Shown one piece after another: positions 44,400-59,400 of a stretch of DNA of 64,000 nucleotides; the first letter of the stretch is position 1, and each line of letters begins with the position of its first letter. Source of the DNA: Eledone cirrhosa. Its lineage: Eukaryota. The translations under genes and the position numbers were made by a program. The notes below the pieces were generated by a model. The model did not search any database. It was not told the DNA's origin and saw only the letters and a program-made list of their open reading frames with translations. The stretch is from positions 13,392,001 to 13,456,000 of the forward strand of contig OZ024766.1 in the NCBI GenBank assembly GCA_964016885.1. The letters run 5' to 3'.

Positions 44400-47300
44400 A
44401 TTGGAGTTCCTTCTGACAGCTAATACCATGAACTTAAATGAATTCTCACCAACAGTGGAGTTCCTTCTGACAGCTAATACCATGAACTTAAATGAATTCT
44501 CACCAACATTGGAGTTACTTCTGACAACTAATACCATGACTTAAATGAATTCTCACCAACAGTGGAGTTACTTCTGACAAACTAATACCATGAACTTAAA
44601 TGAATTTTCACCAACAGTGGAGTTACTTCTGACAGCTAGTACCATGAACTTAAATGAATTCTCACCAACATTGGAGTTACTTCTGACAGCTAGTACCATG
44701 AACTTAAATGAATTCTCACCAACAGTGGAGTTACTTCTGACAGCTAATACCATGAACTTAAATGAATTCTCACCAACAGTGGAGTTACTTCTGACAGCTA
44801 ATACCATGAACTTAAATGAATTCTCACCAACATTGGAGTTACTTCTGACAGCTAGTACCATGAACTTAAATGAATTCTCACCAACAGTGGAGTGACTTCT
44901 GTCAGCTAATACCATGAACTTAAATGAATTCTCAGCAACAGTGGAGTTCCTTCTGACAGCTAATACCATGAACTTAAATGAATTCTCACCAACATTGGAG
45001 TTACTTCTGACAGCTAGTACCATGAACTTAAATGAATTCTCACCAACAGTGGAGTTACTTCTGACAGCTAATACCATGAACTTAAATGAATTCTCACCAA
45101 CAGTGGAGTTACTTCTGACAGCTAATACCATGAACTTAAATGAATTCTCACCAACATTGGAGTTACTTCTGACAGCTAGTACCATGAACTTAAATGAATT
45201 CTCACCAACGGTGCAGTTACTTCTGACAGCTAATACCATGAACTTAAATGAATTCTCACCAACAGTGGAGTTACTTCTGACAGCTAATACCATGAACTTA
45301 AATGAATTCTCACCAACAGTGGAGTTCCTTCTGACAGCTAATAACATGAACTTAAATGAATTCTCACCAACATTGGAGTTACTTCTGACAGCTAGTACCA
45401 TGACTTAATTGAATTCTCACCAACAATGGAGTTACTTCTGACAGCTAATACCATGACTTAAATGAATTCTCACCAACAGTGGAGTTACTTCTGACAGCTA
45501 ATACCATGAACTTAAATGAATTCTCACCAACAGTGGAGTTCCTTCTGACAGCTAATACCATGAACTTAAATGAATTCTCACCAACATTGGAGTTACTTCT
45601 GACAGCTAGTACCATGAACTTAAATGAATTCTCACCAACAGTGGAGTTACTTCTGACAGCTAATACCATGAACTTAAATGAATTCTCACCAACAGTGGCG
45701 TTCCTTCTGACAGCTAATACCATGAACTTAAATGAATTCTCACCAACAGTGGAGTTACTTCTGACAGCTAGTACCATGACTTAAATGAATTCTCACCAAC
45801 ATTGGAGTTCCTTCTGACAGCTAATACCATGAACTTAAATGAATTCTCACCAACAGTGGAGTTCCTTCTGACAGCTAATACCATGAACTTACATGAATTC
45901 TCACCAACATTGGAGTTACTTCTGACAACTAATACCATGACTTAAATGAATTCTCACCAACAGTGGAGTTACTTCTGACAAACTAATACCATGAACATAA
46001 ATGAATTCTCACCAACAGTGGAGTTACTTCTGACTGCTAATACCATGAACTTAAATGAATTCTCACAAACATTGGAGTGACTTCTGACAGCTAATACCAT
46101 GAACTTAAATGAATTCTCACCAACATTGGGGTTACTTCTGCCAGCTAGTACCATGAACTTAAATGAATTCTCACCAACAGTGGAGAGACTTCTGACAGCT
46201 AATACCATGAACCTAAATGAATTCTCACCAACATTGGAGTGACTTCTGACAGCTAATACCATGAACTTAAATGAATTCTCACCAACAGTGGAGTGACTTC
46301 TGTCAGCTAATACCATGAACTTAAATGAATTCTCACCAACAGTGGAGTTCCTTCTGACAGCTAATACCATGAACTTAAATGAATTCTCACCAACATTGGA
46401 GTTACTTCTGACAGCTAGTACCATGAACTTAAATGAATTCTCACCAACAGTGGAGTTACTTCTGACAGCTAATACCATGAACTTAAATGAATTCTCACCA
46501 ACAGTGGAGTTACTTCTGACAGCTAATACCATGAACTTAAATGAATTCTTACCAACATTGGAGTTACTTCTGACAGCTAGTACCATGAACTTAAATGAAT
46601 TCTCACCAACGGTGCAGTTACTTCTGACAGCTAATACCATGAACTTAAATGAATTCTCACCAACAGTGGAGTTACTTCTGACAGCTAATACCATGAACTT
46701 AAATGAATTCTCACCAACAGTGGAGTTCCTTCTGACAGCTAATAACATGAACTTAAATGAATTCTAACCAACATTGGAGTTACTTCTGACAGCTAGTACC
46801 ATGACTCAATTGAATTCTCACCAACAATGGAGTTACTTCTGACAGCTAATACCATGACTTAAATGAATTCTCACCAACAGTGGAGTTACTTCTGACAGCT
46901 AATACCATGAACTTAAATGAATTCTCACCAACAGTGGAGTTCCTTCTGACAGCTAATACCATGAACTTAAATGAATTCTCACCAACATTGGAGTTACTTC
47001 TGACAGCTAGTACCATGAACTTAAATGAATTCTCACCAACAGTGGAGTTACTTCTGACAGCTAATACCATGAACTTAAATGAATTCTCACCAACAGTGGC
47101 GTTCCTTCTGACAGCTAATACCATGAACTTAAATGAATTCTCACCAACAGTGGAGTTACTTCTGACAGCTAGTACCATGACTTAAATGAATTCTCACCAA
47201 CATTGGAGTTCCTTCTGACAGCTAATACCATGAACTTAAATGAATTCTCACCAACAGTGGAGTTCCTTCTGACAGCTAATACCATGAACTTACATGAATT

Positions 47301-47650
47301 CTCACCAACATTGGAGTTACTTCTGACAACTAATACCATGACTTAAATGAATTCTCACCAACAGTGGAGTTACTTCTGACAAACTAATACCATGAACATA
47401 AATGAATTCTCACCAACAGTGGAGTTACTTCTGACTGCTAATACCATGAACTTAAATGAATTCTCACCAACATTGGAGTGACTTCTGACAGCTAATACCA
47501 TGAACTTAAATGAATTCTCACCAACATTGGGGTTACTTCTGCCAGCTAGTACCATGAACTTAAATGAATTCTCACCAACAGTGGAGAGACTTCTGACAGC
47601 TAATACCATGAACCTAAATGAATTCTCACCAACATTGGAGTGACTTCTGA
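44400..47650. repeat. 1401-bp (~26-monomer) periodic duplication
   Basis: ORF starts 44568/45969/47370 and 45445/46846. Markers CTTACATGAA (~45888/~47289), GACTGCT (46032/47433) and GGAGAGAC (46182/47583). Confidence 0.85.
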
Positions 47651-48729
47651 CAGCTAATACCATGAACTTAAATGAATTCTCACCAACAGTGGAGTTACTT
47701 CTGACAGCTAGTACCATGAACTTAAATGAATTCTCACCAACAGTGGAGTTACTTCTGACAGCTAATACCATGAACTTAAATGAATTCTCAGCAACAGTGG
47801 AGTTCCTTCTGACAGCTAATACCATGAACTTAAATGAATTCTCACCAACATTGGAGTTACTTCTGACAGCTAGTACCATGAACTTAAATGAATTCTCACC
47901 AACAGTGGAGTTACTTCTGACAGCTAATACCATGAACTTAAATGAATTCTCACCAACAGTGGCGTTCCTTCTGACAGCTAATACCATGAACTTAAATGAA
48001 TTCTCACCAACAGTGGAGTTACTTCTGACAGCTAGTACCATGACTTAAATGAATTCTCACCAACATTGGAGTTCCTTCTGACAGCTAATACCATGAACTT
48101 AAATGAATTCTCACCAACAGTGGAGTTACTTCTGACAGCTAATACCATGAACTTAAATGAATTCTCACCAACAGTGGAGTTACTTCTGACAGCTAATACC
48201 ATGAACTTAAATGAATTCTCACCAACAGTGGAGTTACTTCTGACAGCTAATACCATGAACTTAAACGAATTCTCACCAACAGTGGAGTTACTTCTGACAG
48301 CTAATACCATGAACTTAAATGAATTCTCACCAACATTGGAGTTACTTCTGACAGCTAGTACCATGACATAAATGAATTCTCACCAACATTGGAGTTACTT
48401 CTGACAGCTAATACCATGACTTAAATGAATTCTCACCAACAGTGGAGTTACTTCTGACAGCTAATACCATGAACTTAAATGAATTCTCACCAACAGTGGA
48501 TTTACTTCTGACAGCTAGTACCATGAACTTAAATGAATTCTCACCAACATTGGAGTTACTTCTGACAACTAATACCATGACTTAAATGAATTCTCACCAA
48601 CAGTGGAGTTACTTCTGACAAACTAATACCATGAACTTAAATGAATTCTCACCAACAGTGGAGTTACTTCTGACAGCCAGTACCATGAACTTAAATGAAT
48701 TCTCACCAACAGTGGAGTTACTTCTGACA

Positions 48730-51700
48730 GCTAATACCATGAACTTAAATGATTTCTCACCAACAGTGGAGTTACCTCTGACAGCTAATACCATGAACTT
48801 AAATGAATTCTCACCAACATTGGAGTTACTTCTGACAGCTAATACCATGACTTAACTGAATTCTCACCAACAGTGGAGTTACTTCTGACAGCTAATACCA
48901 TGAACTTAAATGAATTCTCACCAACATAGGAGTTACTTCTGACAGCTAGTACCATGAACTTAAATGAATTCTCACCAACAGTGGAGTTACTTCTGACAGC
49001 TAATACCATGAACTTAAATGAATTCTCACCAACAGTGGAGTTACTTCTGACAGCTAATACCATGAACTTAAATGAATTCTCACCAACAGTGGAGTTCCTT
49101 CTGACAGCTAATACCATGAACTTAAATGAATTCTCACCAACATTGGAGTTACTTCTGACAGCTAGTACCATGACTTAAATGAATTCTCACCAACATTGGA
49201 GTTAGTTCTGACAGCTAGTACCATGACTTAAATGAATTCTCACCAACAATGGAGTTACTTCTGACAGCTAATACCATGACTTAAATGAATTCTCACCAAC
49301 AGTGGAGTTACTTCTGACAGCTAATACCATGAACTTAAATGAATTCTCACCAACAGTGGCGTTCCTTCTGACAGCTAGTACCATGAACTTAAATGAATTC
49401 TCACCAACAGTGGAGTTACTTCTGACAGCTAGTACCATGACTTAAATGAATTCTCACCAACATTGGAGTTCCTTCTGACAGCTAATACCATGAACTTAAA
49501 TGAATTCTCACCAACAGTGGAGTTCCTTCTGACAGCTAATACCATGAACTTAAATGAATTCTCACCAACATTGGAGTTACTTCTGACAGCTAGTACCATG
49601 ACTTAAATGAATTCTCACCAACATTGGAGTTACTTCTGACAGCTAGTACCATGATTTAAATGAATTCTCACCAACAATGGAGTTACTTCTGACAGCTAAT
49701 ACCATGACTTAAATGAATTCTCACCAACAGTGGAGTTACTTCTGACAGCTAATACCATGAACTTAAATGAATTCTCACCAACAGTGGAGTTCCTTCTGAC
49801 AGCTAATACCATGAACTTAAATGAATTCTCACCAACATTGGAGTTACTTCTGACAGCTAGTACCATGAACTTAAATGAATTCTCACCAACAGTGGAGTTA
49901 CTTCTGACAGCTAATACCATGAACTTAAATGAATTCTCACCAACAGTGGCGTTCCTTCTGACAGCTAATACCATGAACTTAAATGAATTCTCACCAACAG
50001 TGGAGTTACTTCTGACAGCTAGTACCATGACTTAAATGAATTCTCACCAACATTGGAGTTCCTTCTGACAGCTAATACCATGAACTTAAATGAATTCTCA
50101 CCAACAGTGGAGTTACTTCTGACAGCTAATACCATGAACTTAAATGAATTCTCACCAACAGTGGAGTTACTTCTGACAGCTAATACCATGAACTTAAATG
50201 AATTCTCACCAACAGTGGCGTTCCTTCTGACAGCTAATACCATGAACTTAAATGAATTCTCACCAACAGTGGAGTTACTTCTGACAGCTAGTACCATGAC
50301 TTAAATGAATTCTCACCAACATTGGAGTTACTTCTGACAACTAATACCATGACTTAAATGAATTCTCACCAACAGTGGAGTTACTTCTGACAAACTAATA
50401 CCATGAACTTAAATGAATTCTCACCAACAGTGGAGTTACTTCTGACAGCTAGTACCATGAACTTAAATGAATTCTCACCAACATTGAAGTTACTTCTGAC
50501 AGCTAGTATCATGAACTTAAATGAATTCTCACCAACAGTGGAGTTACTTCTGACAGCTAATACCATGAACTTAAATGAATTCTCACCAACAGTGGAGTTA
50601 CTTCTGACAGCTAATACCATGAACTTAAATGAATTCTCACCAACAGTGGAGTTACTTCTGACAGCTAATACCATGAACTTAAATGAATTCTCACCAACAT
50701 TGGAGTTACTTCTGACAGCTAGTACCATGAACTTAAATGAATTCTCACCAACAGTGGAGTGACTTCTGTCAGCTAATACCATGAACTTAAATGAATTCTC
50801 ACCAACAGTGGAGTTACTTCTGACAGCTAATACCATGAACTTAAATGAATTCTCACCAACAGTGGAGTTACTTCTGACAGCTAGTACCATGAACTTAAAT
50901 GAATTCTCACCAACAGTGGAGTTACTTCTGACAGCTAATACCATGAACTTAAATGAATTCTCAGCAACAGTGGAGTTCCTTCTGACAGTTAATACCATGA
51001 ACTTAAATGAATTCTCACCAACATTGGAGTTACTTCTGACAGCTAGTACCATGAACTTAAATGAATTCTCACCAACAGTGGAGTTACTTCTGACAGCTAA
51101 TACCATGAACTTAAATGAATTCTCACCAACAGTGGAGTTACTTCTGACAGCTAATACCATGAACTTAAATGAATTCTCACCAACATTGGAGTTACTTCTG
51201 ACAGCTAGTACCATGAACTTAAATGAATTCTCACCAACGGTGCAGTTACTTCTGACAGCTAATACCATGAACTTAAATGAATTCTCACCAACAGTGGCGT
51301 TCCTTCTGACAGCTAATACCATGAACTTAAATGAATTCTCACCAACAGTGGAGTTACTTCTGACAGCTAGTACCATGACTTAAATGAATTCTCACCAACA
51401 TTGGAGTTCCTTCTGACAGCTAATACCATGAACTTAAATAAATTCTCACCAACAGTGGAGTTCCTTCTGACAGCTAATACCATGAACTTACATGAATTCT
51501 CACCAACATTGGAGTTACTTCTGACAACTAATACCATGACTTAAATGAATTCTCACCAACAGTGGAGTTACTTCTGACAAACTAATACCATGAACATAAA
51601 TGAATTCTCACCAACAGTGGAGTTACTTCTGACTGCTAATACCATGAACTTAAATGAATTCTCACCAACATTGGAGTGACTTCTGACAGCTAATACCATG

Positions 51701-54700
51701 AACGTAAATGAATTCTCACCAACATTGGGGTTACTTCTGCCAGCTAGTACCATGAACTTAAATGAATTCTCACCAACAGTGGAGTGACTTCTGACAGCTA
51801 ATACCATGAACTTAAATGAATTCTCACCAACAGTGGAGTTACTTCTGACAGCTAGTACCATGACTTAAATGAATTCTCACCAACATTGGAGTTCCTTCTG
51901 ACAGCTAATACCATGAACTTAAATGAATTCTCACCAACAGTGGAGTTCCTTCTGACAGCTAATACCATGAACTTAAATGATTTCTCACCAACAGTGGAGT
52001 TACCTCTGACAGCTAATACCATGAACTTAAATGAATTCTCACCAACATTGGAGTTACTTCTGACAGCTAATACCATGACTTAACTGAATTCTCACCAACA
52101 GTGGAGTTACTTCTGACAGCTAATACCATGAACTTAAATGAATTCTCACCAACATTGGAGTTACTTCTGACAGCTAGTACCATGAACTTAAATGAATTCT
52201 CACCAACAGTGGAGTTACTTCTGACAGCTAATACCATGAACTTAAATGAATTCTCACCAACAGTGGAGTTACTTCTGACAGCTAATACCATGAACTTAAA
52301 TGAATTCTCACCAACAGTGGAGTTCCTTCTGACAGCTAATACCATGAACTTAAATGAATTCTCACCAACATTGGAGTTACTTCTGACAGCTAGTACCATG
52401 ACTTAAATGAATTCTCACCAACATTGGAGTTAGTTCTGACAGCTAGTACCATGACTTAAATGAATTCTCACCAACAATGGAGTTACTTCTGACAGCTAAT
52501 ACCATGACTTAAATGAATTCTCACCAACAGTGGAGTTACTTCTGACAGCTAATACCATGAACTTAAATGAATTCTCACCAACAGTGGCGTTCCTTCTGAC
52601 AGCTAATACCATGAACTTAAATGAATTCTCACCAACAGTGGAGTTACTTCTGACAGCTAGTACCATGACTTAAATGAATTCTCACCAACATTGGAGTTCC
52701 TTCTGACAGCTAATACCATGAACTTAAATGAATTCTCACCAACAGTGGAGTTCCTTCTGACAGCTAATACCATGAACTTAAATGAATTCTCACCAACATT
52801 GGAGTTACTTCTGACAGCTAGTACCATGACTTAAATGAATTCTCACCAACATTGGAGTTACTTCTGACAGCTAGTACCATGATTTAAATGAATTCTCACC
52901 AACAATGGAGTTACTTCTGACAGCTAATACCATGACTTAAATGAATTCTCACCAACAGTGGAGTTACTTCTGACAGCTAATACCATGAACTTAAATGAAT
53001 TCTCACCAACAGTGGAGTTCCTTCTGACAGCTAATACCATGAACTTAAATGAATTCTCACCAACATTGGAGTTACTTCTGACAGCTAGTACCATGAACTT
53101 AAATGAATTCTCACCAACAGTGGAGTTACTTCTGACAGCTAATACCATGAACTTAAATGAATTCTCACCAACAGTGGCGTTCCTTCTGACAGCTAATACC
53201 ATGAACTTAAATGAATTCTCACCAACAGTGGAGTTACTTCTGACAGCTAGTACCATGACTTAAATGAATTCTCACCAACATTGGAGTTCCTTCTGACAGC
53301 TAATACCATGAACTTAAATGAATTCTCACCAACAGTGGAGTTACTTCTGACAGCTAATACCATGAACTTAAATGAATTCTCACCAACAGTGGAGTTACTT
53401 CTGACAGCTAATACCATGAACTTAAATGAATTCTCACCAACAGTGGCGTTCCTTCTGACAGCTAATACCATGAACTTAAATGAATTCTCACCAACAGTGG
53501 AGTTACTTCTGACAGCTAGTACCATGACTTAAATGAATTCTCACCAACATTGGAGTTACTTCTGACAACTAATACCATGACTTAAATGAATTCTCACCAA
53601 CAGTGGAGTTACTTCTGACAAACTAATACCATGAACTTAAATGAATTCTCACCAACAGTGGAGTTACTTCTGACAGCTAGTACCATGAACTTAAATGAAT
53701 TCTCACCAACATTGAAGTTACTTCTGACAGCTAGTATCATGAACTTAAATGAATTCTCACCAACAGTGGAGTTACTTCTGACAGCTAATACCATGAACTT
53801 AAATGAATTCTCACCAACAGTGGAGTTACTTCTGACAGCTAATACCATGAACTTAAATGAATTCTCACCAACAGTGGAGTTACTTCTGACAGCTAATACC
53901 ATGAACTTAAATGAATTCTCACCAACATTGGAGTTACTTCTGACAGCTAGTACCATGAACTTAAATGAATTCTCACCAACAGTGGAGTGACTTCTGTCAG
54001 CTAATACCATGAACTTAAATGAATTCTCACCAACAGTGGAGTTACTTCTGACAGCTAATACCATGAACTTAAATGAATTCTCACCAACAGTGGAGTTACT
54101 TCTGACAGCTAGTACCATGAACTTAAATGAATTCTCACCAACAGTGGAGTTACTTCTGACAGCTAATACCATGAACTTAAATGAATTCTCAGCAACAGTG
54201 GAGTTCCTTCTGACAGTTAATACCATGAACTTAAATGAATTCTCACCAACATTGGAGTTACTTCTGACAGCTAGTACCATGAACTTAAATGAATTCTCAC
54301 CAACAGTGGAGTTACTTCTGACAGCTAATACCATGAACTTAAATGAATTCTCACCAACAGTGGAGTTACTTCTGACAGCTAATACCATGAACTTAAATGA
54401 ATTCTCACCAACATTGGAGTTACTTCTGACAGCTAGTACCATGAACTTAAATGAATTCTCACCAACGGTGCAGTTACTTCTGACAGCTAATACCATGAAC
54501 TTAAATGAATTCTCACCAACAGTGGCGTTCCTTCTGACAGCTAATACCATGAACTTAAATGAATTCTCACCAACAGTGGAGTTACTTCTGACAGCTAGTA
54601 CCATGACTTAAATGAATTCTCACCAACATTGGAGTTCCTTCTGACAGCTAATACCATGAACTTAAATAAATTCTCACCAACAGTGGAGTTCCTTCTGACA

Positions 54701-55190
54701 GCTAATACCATGAACTTACATGAATTCTCACCAACATTGGAGTTACTTCTGACAACTAATACCATGACTTAAATGAATTCTCACCAACAGTGGAGTTACT
54801 TCTGACAAACTAATACCATGAACATAAATGAATTCTCACCAACAGTGGAGTTACTTCTGACTGCTAATACCATGAACTTAAATGAATTCTCACCAACATT
54901 GGAGTGACTTCTGACAGCTAATACCATGAACGTAAATGAATTCTCACCAACATTGGGGTTACTTCTGCCAGCTAGTACCATGAACTTAAATGAATTCTCA
55001 CCAACAGTGGAGTGACTTCTGACAGCTAATACCATGAACTTAAATGAATTCTCACCAACAGTGGAGTTACTTCTGACAGCTAGTACCATGACTTAAATGA
55101 ATTCTCACCAACATTGGAGTTCCTTCTGACAGCTAATACCATGAACTTAAATGAATTCTCACCAACAGTGGAGTTCCTTCTGACAGCTAA
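48730..55190. repeat. Tandem duplication of a 3228-bp (~60-monomer) block
   Basis: ORF starts 48839/52067, 49696/52924, 50381/53609 and 51568/54796. Private markers AACGTAAATG (51701/54929) and ATGATTTAAA (49651/52879). Confidence 0.93.
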
Positions 55191-56499
55191 TACCATGAAC
55201 TTAAATGAATTCTCAGCAACAGTGGCGTTCCTTCTGACAGCTAATACCATGAACTTAAATGAATTCTCACCAACAGTGGAGTTACTTCTGACAGCTAGTA
55301 CCATGACTTAAATGAATTCTCACCAACATTGGAGTTCCTTCTGACAGCTAATACCATGAACTTAAATGAATTCTCACCAACAGTTGAGTTCCTTCTGACA
55401 GCTAATACCATGAACTTACATGAATTCTCACCAACATTGGAGTTACTTCTGACAACTAATACCATGACTTAAATGAATTCTCACCAACAGTGGAGTTACT
55501 TCTGACAAACTAATACCATGAACATAAATGAATTCTCACCAACAGTGGAGTTACTTCTGACTGCTAATACCATGAACTTAAATGAATTCTCACCAACATT
55601 GGAGTGACTTCTGACAGCTAATACCATGAACTTAAATGAATTCTCACCAACATTGGGGTTACTTCTGCCAGCTAGTACCATGAACTTAAATGAATTCTCA
55701 CCAACAGTGGAGAGACTTCTGACAGCTAAAACCATGAACCTAAATGAATTCTCACCAACATTGGAGTGACTTCTGACAGCTAATACCATGAACTTAAATG
55801 AATTCTCACCAACAGTGGAGTTACTTCTGACAGCTAGTACCATGAACTTAAATGAATTCTCACCAACAGTGGAGTTACTTCTGACAGCTAATACCATGAA
55901 CTTAAATGAATTCTCAGCAACAGTGGAGTTCCTTCTGACAGCTAATACCATGAACTTAAATGAATTCTCACCAACATTGGAGTTACTTCTGACAGCTAGT
56001 ACCATGAACTTAAATGAATTCTCACCAACAGTGGAGTTACTTCTGACAGCTAATACCATGAACTTAAATGAATTCTCACCAACAGTGGCGTTCCTTCTGA
56101 CAGCTAATACCATGAACTTAAATGAATTCTCACCAACAGTGGAGTTACTTCTGACAGCTAGTACCATGACTTAAATGAATTCTCACCAACATTGGAGTTC
56201 CTTCTGACAGCTAATACCATGAACTTAAATGAATTCTCACCAACAGTGGAGTTACTTCTGACAGCTAATACCATGAACTTAAATGAATTCTCACCAACAG
56301 TGGAGTTACTTCTGACAGCTAATACCATGAACTTAAATGAATTCTCACCAACGGTGGAGTTACTTCTGACAGCTAATACCATGAACTTAAACGAATTCTC
56401 ACCAACAGTGGAGTTACTTCTGACAGCTAGTACCATGAACTTAAATGAATTCTCACCAACATTGGAGTTACTTCTGACAGCTAATACCATGACTTAAAT

Positions 56500-59400
56500 G
56501 AATTCTCACCAACAGTGGAGTTACTTCTGACAGCTAATACCATGAACTTAAATGAATTCTCACCAACAGTGGATTTACTTCTGACAGCTAGTACCATGAA
56601 CTTAAATGAATTCTCACCAACATTGGAGTTACTTCTGACAACTAATACCATGACTTAAATGAATTCTCACCAACAGTGGAGTTACTTCTGACAAACTAAT
56701 ACCATGAACTTAAATGAATTCTCACCAACAGTGGAGTTACTTCTGACAGCCAGTACCATGAACTTAAATGAATTCTCACCAACAGTGGAGTTACTTCTGA
56801 CAGCTAATACCATGAACTTAAATGATTTCTCACCAACAGTGGAGTTACTTCTGACAGCTAATACCATGAACTTAAATGAATTCTCACCAACATTGGAGTT
56901 ACTTCTGACAGCTAATACCATGACTTAACTGAATTCTCACCAACAGTGGGGTTACTTCTGACAGCTAATACCATGAACTTAAATGAATTCTCACCAACAT
57001 TGGAGTTACTTCTGACAGCTAGTACCATGAACTTAAATGAATTCTCACCAACAGTGGAGTTACTTCTGACAGCTAATACCATGAACTTAAATGAATTCTC
57101 ACCAACAGTGGAGTTACTTCTGACAGCTAATACCATGAACTTACATGAATTCTCACCAACAGTGGAGTTCCTTCTGACAGCTAATACCATGAACTTAAAT
57201 GAATTCTCACCAACATTGGAGTTACTTCTGACAGCTAGTACCATGACTTAAATGAATTCTCACCAACATTGGAGTTAGTTCTGACAGCTAGTACCATGAC
57301 TTAAATGAATTCTCACCAACAATGGAGTTACTTCTGACAGCTAATACCATGACTTAAATGAATTCTCACCAACAGTGGAGTTACTTCTGACAGCTAATAC
57401 CATGAACTTAAATGAATTCTCACCAACAGTGGCGTTCCTTCTGACAGCTAATACCATGAACTTAAATGAATTCTCACCAACAGTGGAGTTACTTCTGACA
57501 GCTAGTACCATGACTTAAATGAATTCTCACCAACATTGGAGTTCCTTCTGACAGCTAATACCATGAACTTAAATGAATTCTCACCAACAGTGGAGTTCCT
57601 TCTGACAGCTAATACCATGAACTTAAATGAATTCTCACCAACATTGGAGTTACTTCTGACAGCTAGTACCATGACTTAAATGAATTCTCACCAACATTGG
57701 AGTTACTTCTGACAGCTAGTACCATGACTTAAATGAATTCTCACCAACAATGGAGTTACTTCTGACAGCTAATACCATGACTTAAATGAATTCTCACCAA
57801 CAGTGGAGTTACTTCTGACAGCTAATACCATGAACTTAAATGAATTCTCACCAACAGTGGAGTTCCTTCTGACAGCTAATACCATGAACTTAAATGAATT
57901 CTCACCAACATTGGAGTTACTTCTGACAGCTAGTACCATGAACTTAAATGAATTCTCACCAACAGTGGAGTTACTTCTGACAGCTAATACCATGAACTTA
58001 AATGAATTCTCACCAACAGTGGCGTTCCTTCTGATAGCTAATACCATGAACTTAAATGAATTCTCACCAACAGTGGAGTTACTTCTGACAGCTAGTACCA
58101 TGACTTAAATGAATTCTCACCAACATTGGAGTTCCTTCTGACAGCTAATACCATGAACTTAAATGAATTCTCACCAACAGTGGAGTTACTTCTGACAGCT
58201 AATACCATGAACTTAAATGAATTCTCACCAACATTGGAGTTACTTCTGACAACTAATACCATGACTTAAATGAATTCTCACCAACAGTGGAGTTACTTCT
58301 GACAAACTAATACCATGAACTTAAATGAATTCTCACCAACAGTGGAGTTACTTCTGACAGCTAGTACCATGAACTTAAATGAATTCTCACCAACATTGAA
58401 GTTACTTCTGACAGCTAGTATCATGAACTTAAATGAATTCTCACCAACAGTGGAGTTACTTCTGACAGCTAATACCATGAACTTAAATGAATTCTCACCA
58501 ACAGTGGAGTTACTTCTGACAGCTAATACCATGAACTTAAATGAATTCTCACCAACAGTGGAGTTACTTCTGACAGCTAATACCATGAACTTAAATGAAT
58601 TCTCACCAACATTGGAGTTACTTCTGACAGCTAATACCATGAACTTAAATGAATTCTCACCAACATTGGAGTTACTTCTGACAGCTAGTACCATGAACTT
58701 AAATGAATTCTCACCAACAGTGGAGTGACTTCTGTCAGCTAATACCATGAACTTAAATGAATTCTCACCAACAGTGGAGTTACTTCTGACAGCTAATACC
58801 ATGAACTTAAATGAATTCTCACCAACAGTGGAGTTACTTCTGACAGCTAGTACCATGAACTTAAATGAATTCTCACCAACAGTGGAGTTACTTCTGACAG
58901 CTAATACCATGAACTTAAATGAATTCTCACCAACAGTGGATTTACTTCTGACAGCTAGTACCATGAACTTAAATGAATTCTCACCAACATTGGAGTTACT
59001 TCTGACAACTAATACCATGACTTAAATGAATTCTCACCAACAGTGGAGTTACTTCTGACAAACTAATACCATGAACTTAAATGAATTCTCACCAACAGTG
59101 GAGTTACTTCTGACAGCCAGTACCATGAACTTAAATGAATTCTCACCAACAGTGGAGTTACTTCTGACAGCTAATACCATGAACTTAAATGATTTCTCAC
59201 CAACAGTGGAGTTACTTCTGACAGCTAATACCATGAACTTAAATGAATTCTCACCAACATTGGAGTTACTTCTGACAGCTAATACCATGACTTAACTGAA
59301 TTCTCACCAACAGTGGAGTTACTTCTGACAGCTAATACCATGAACTTAAATGAATTCTCACCAACATTGGAGTTACTTCTGACAGCTAGTACCATGAACT

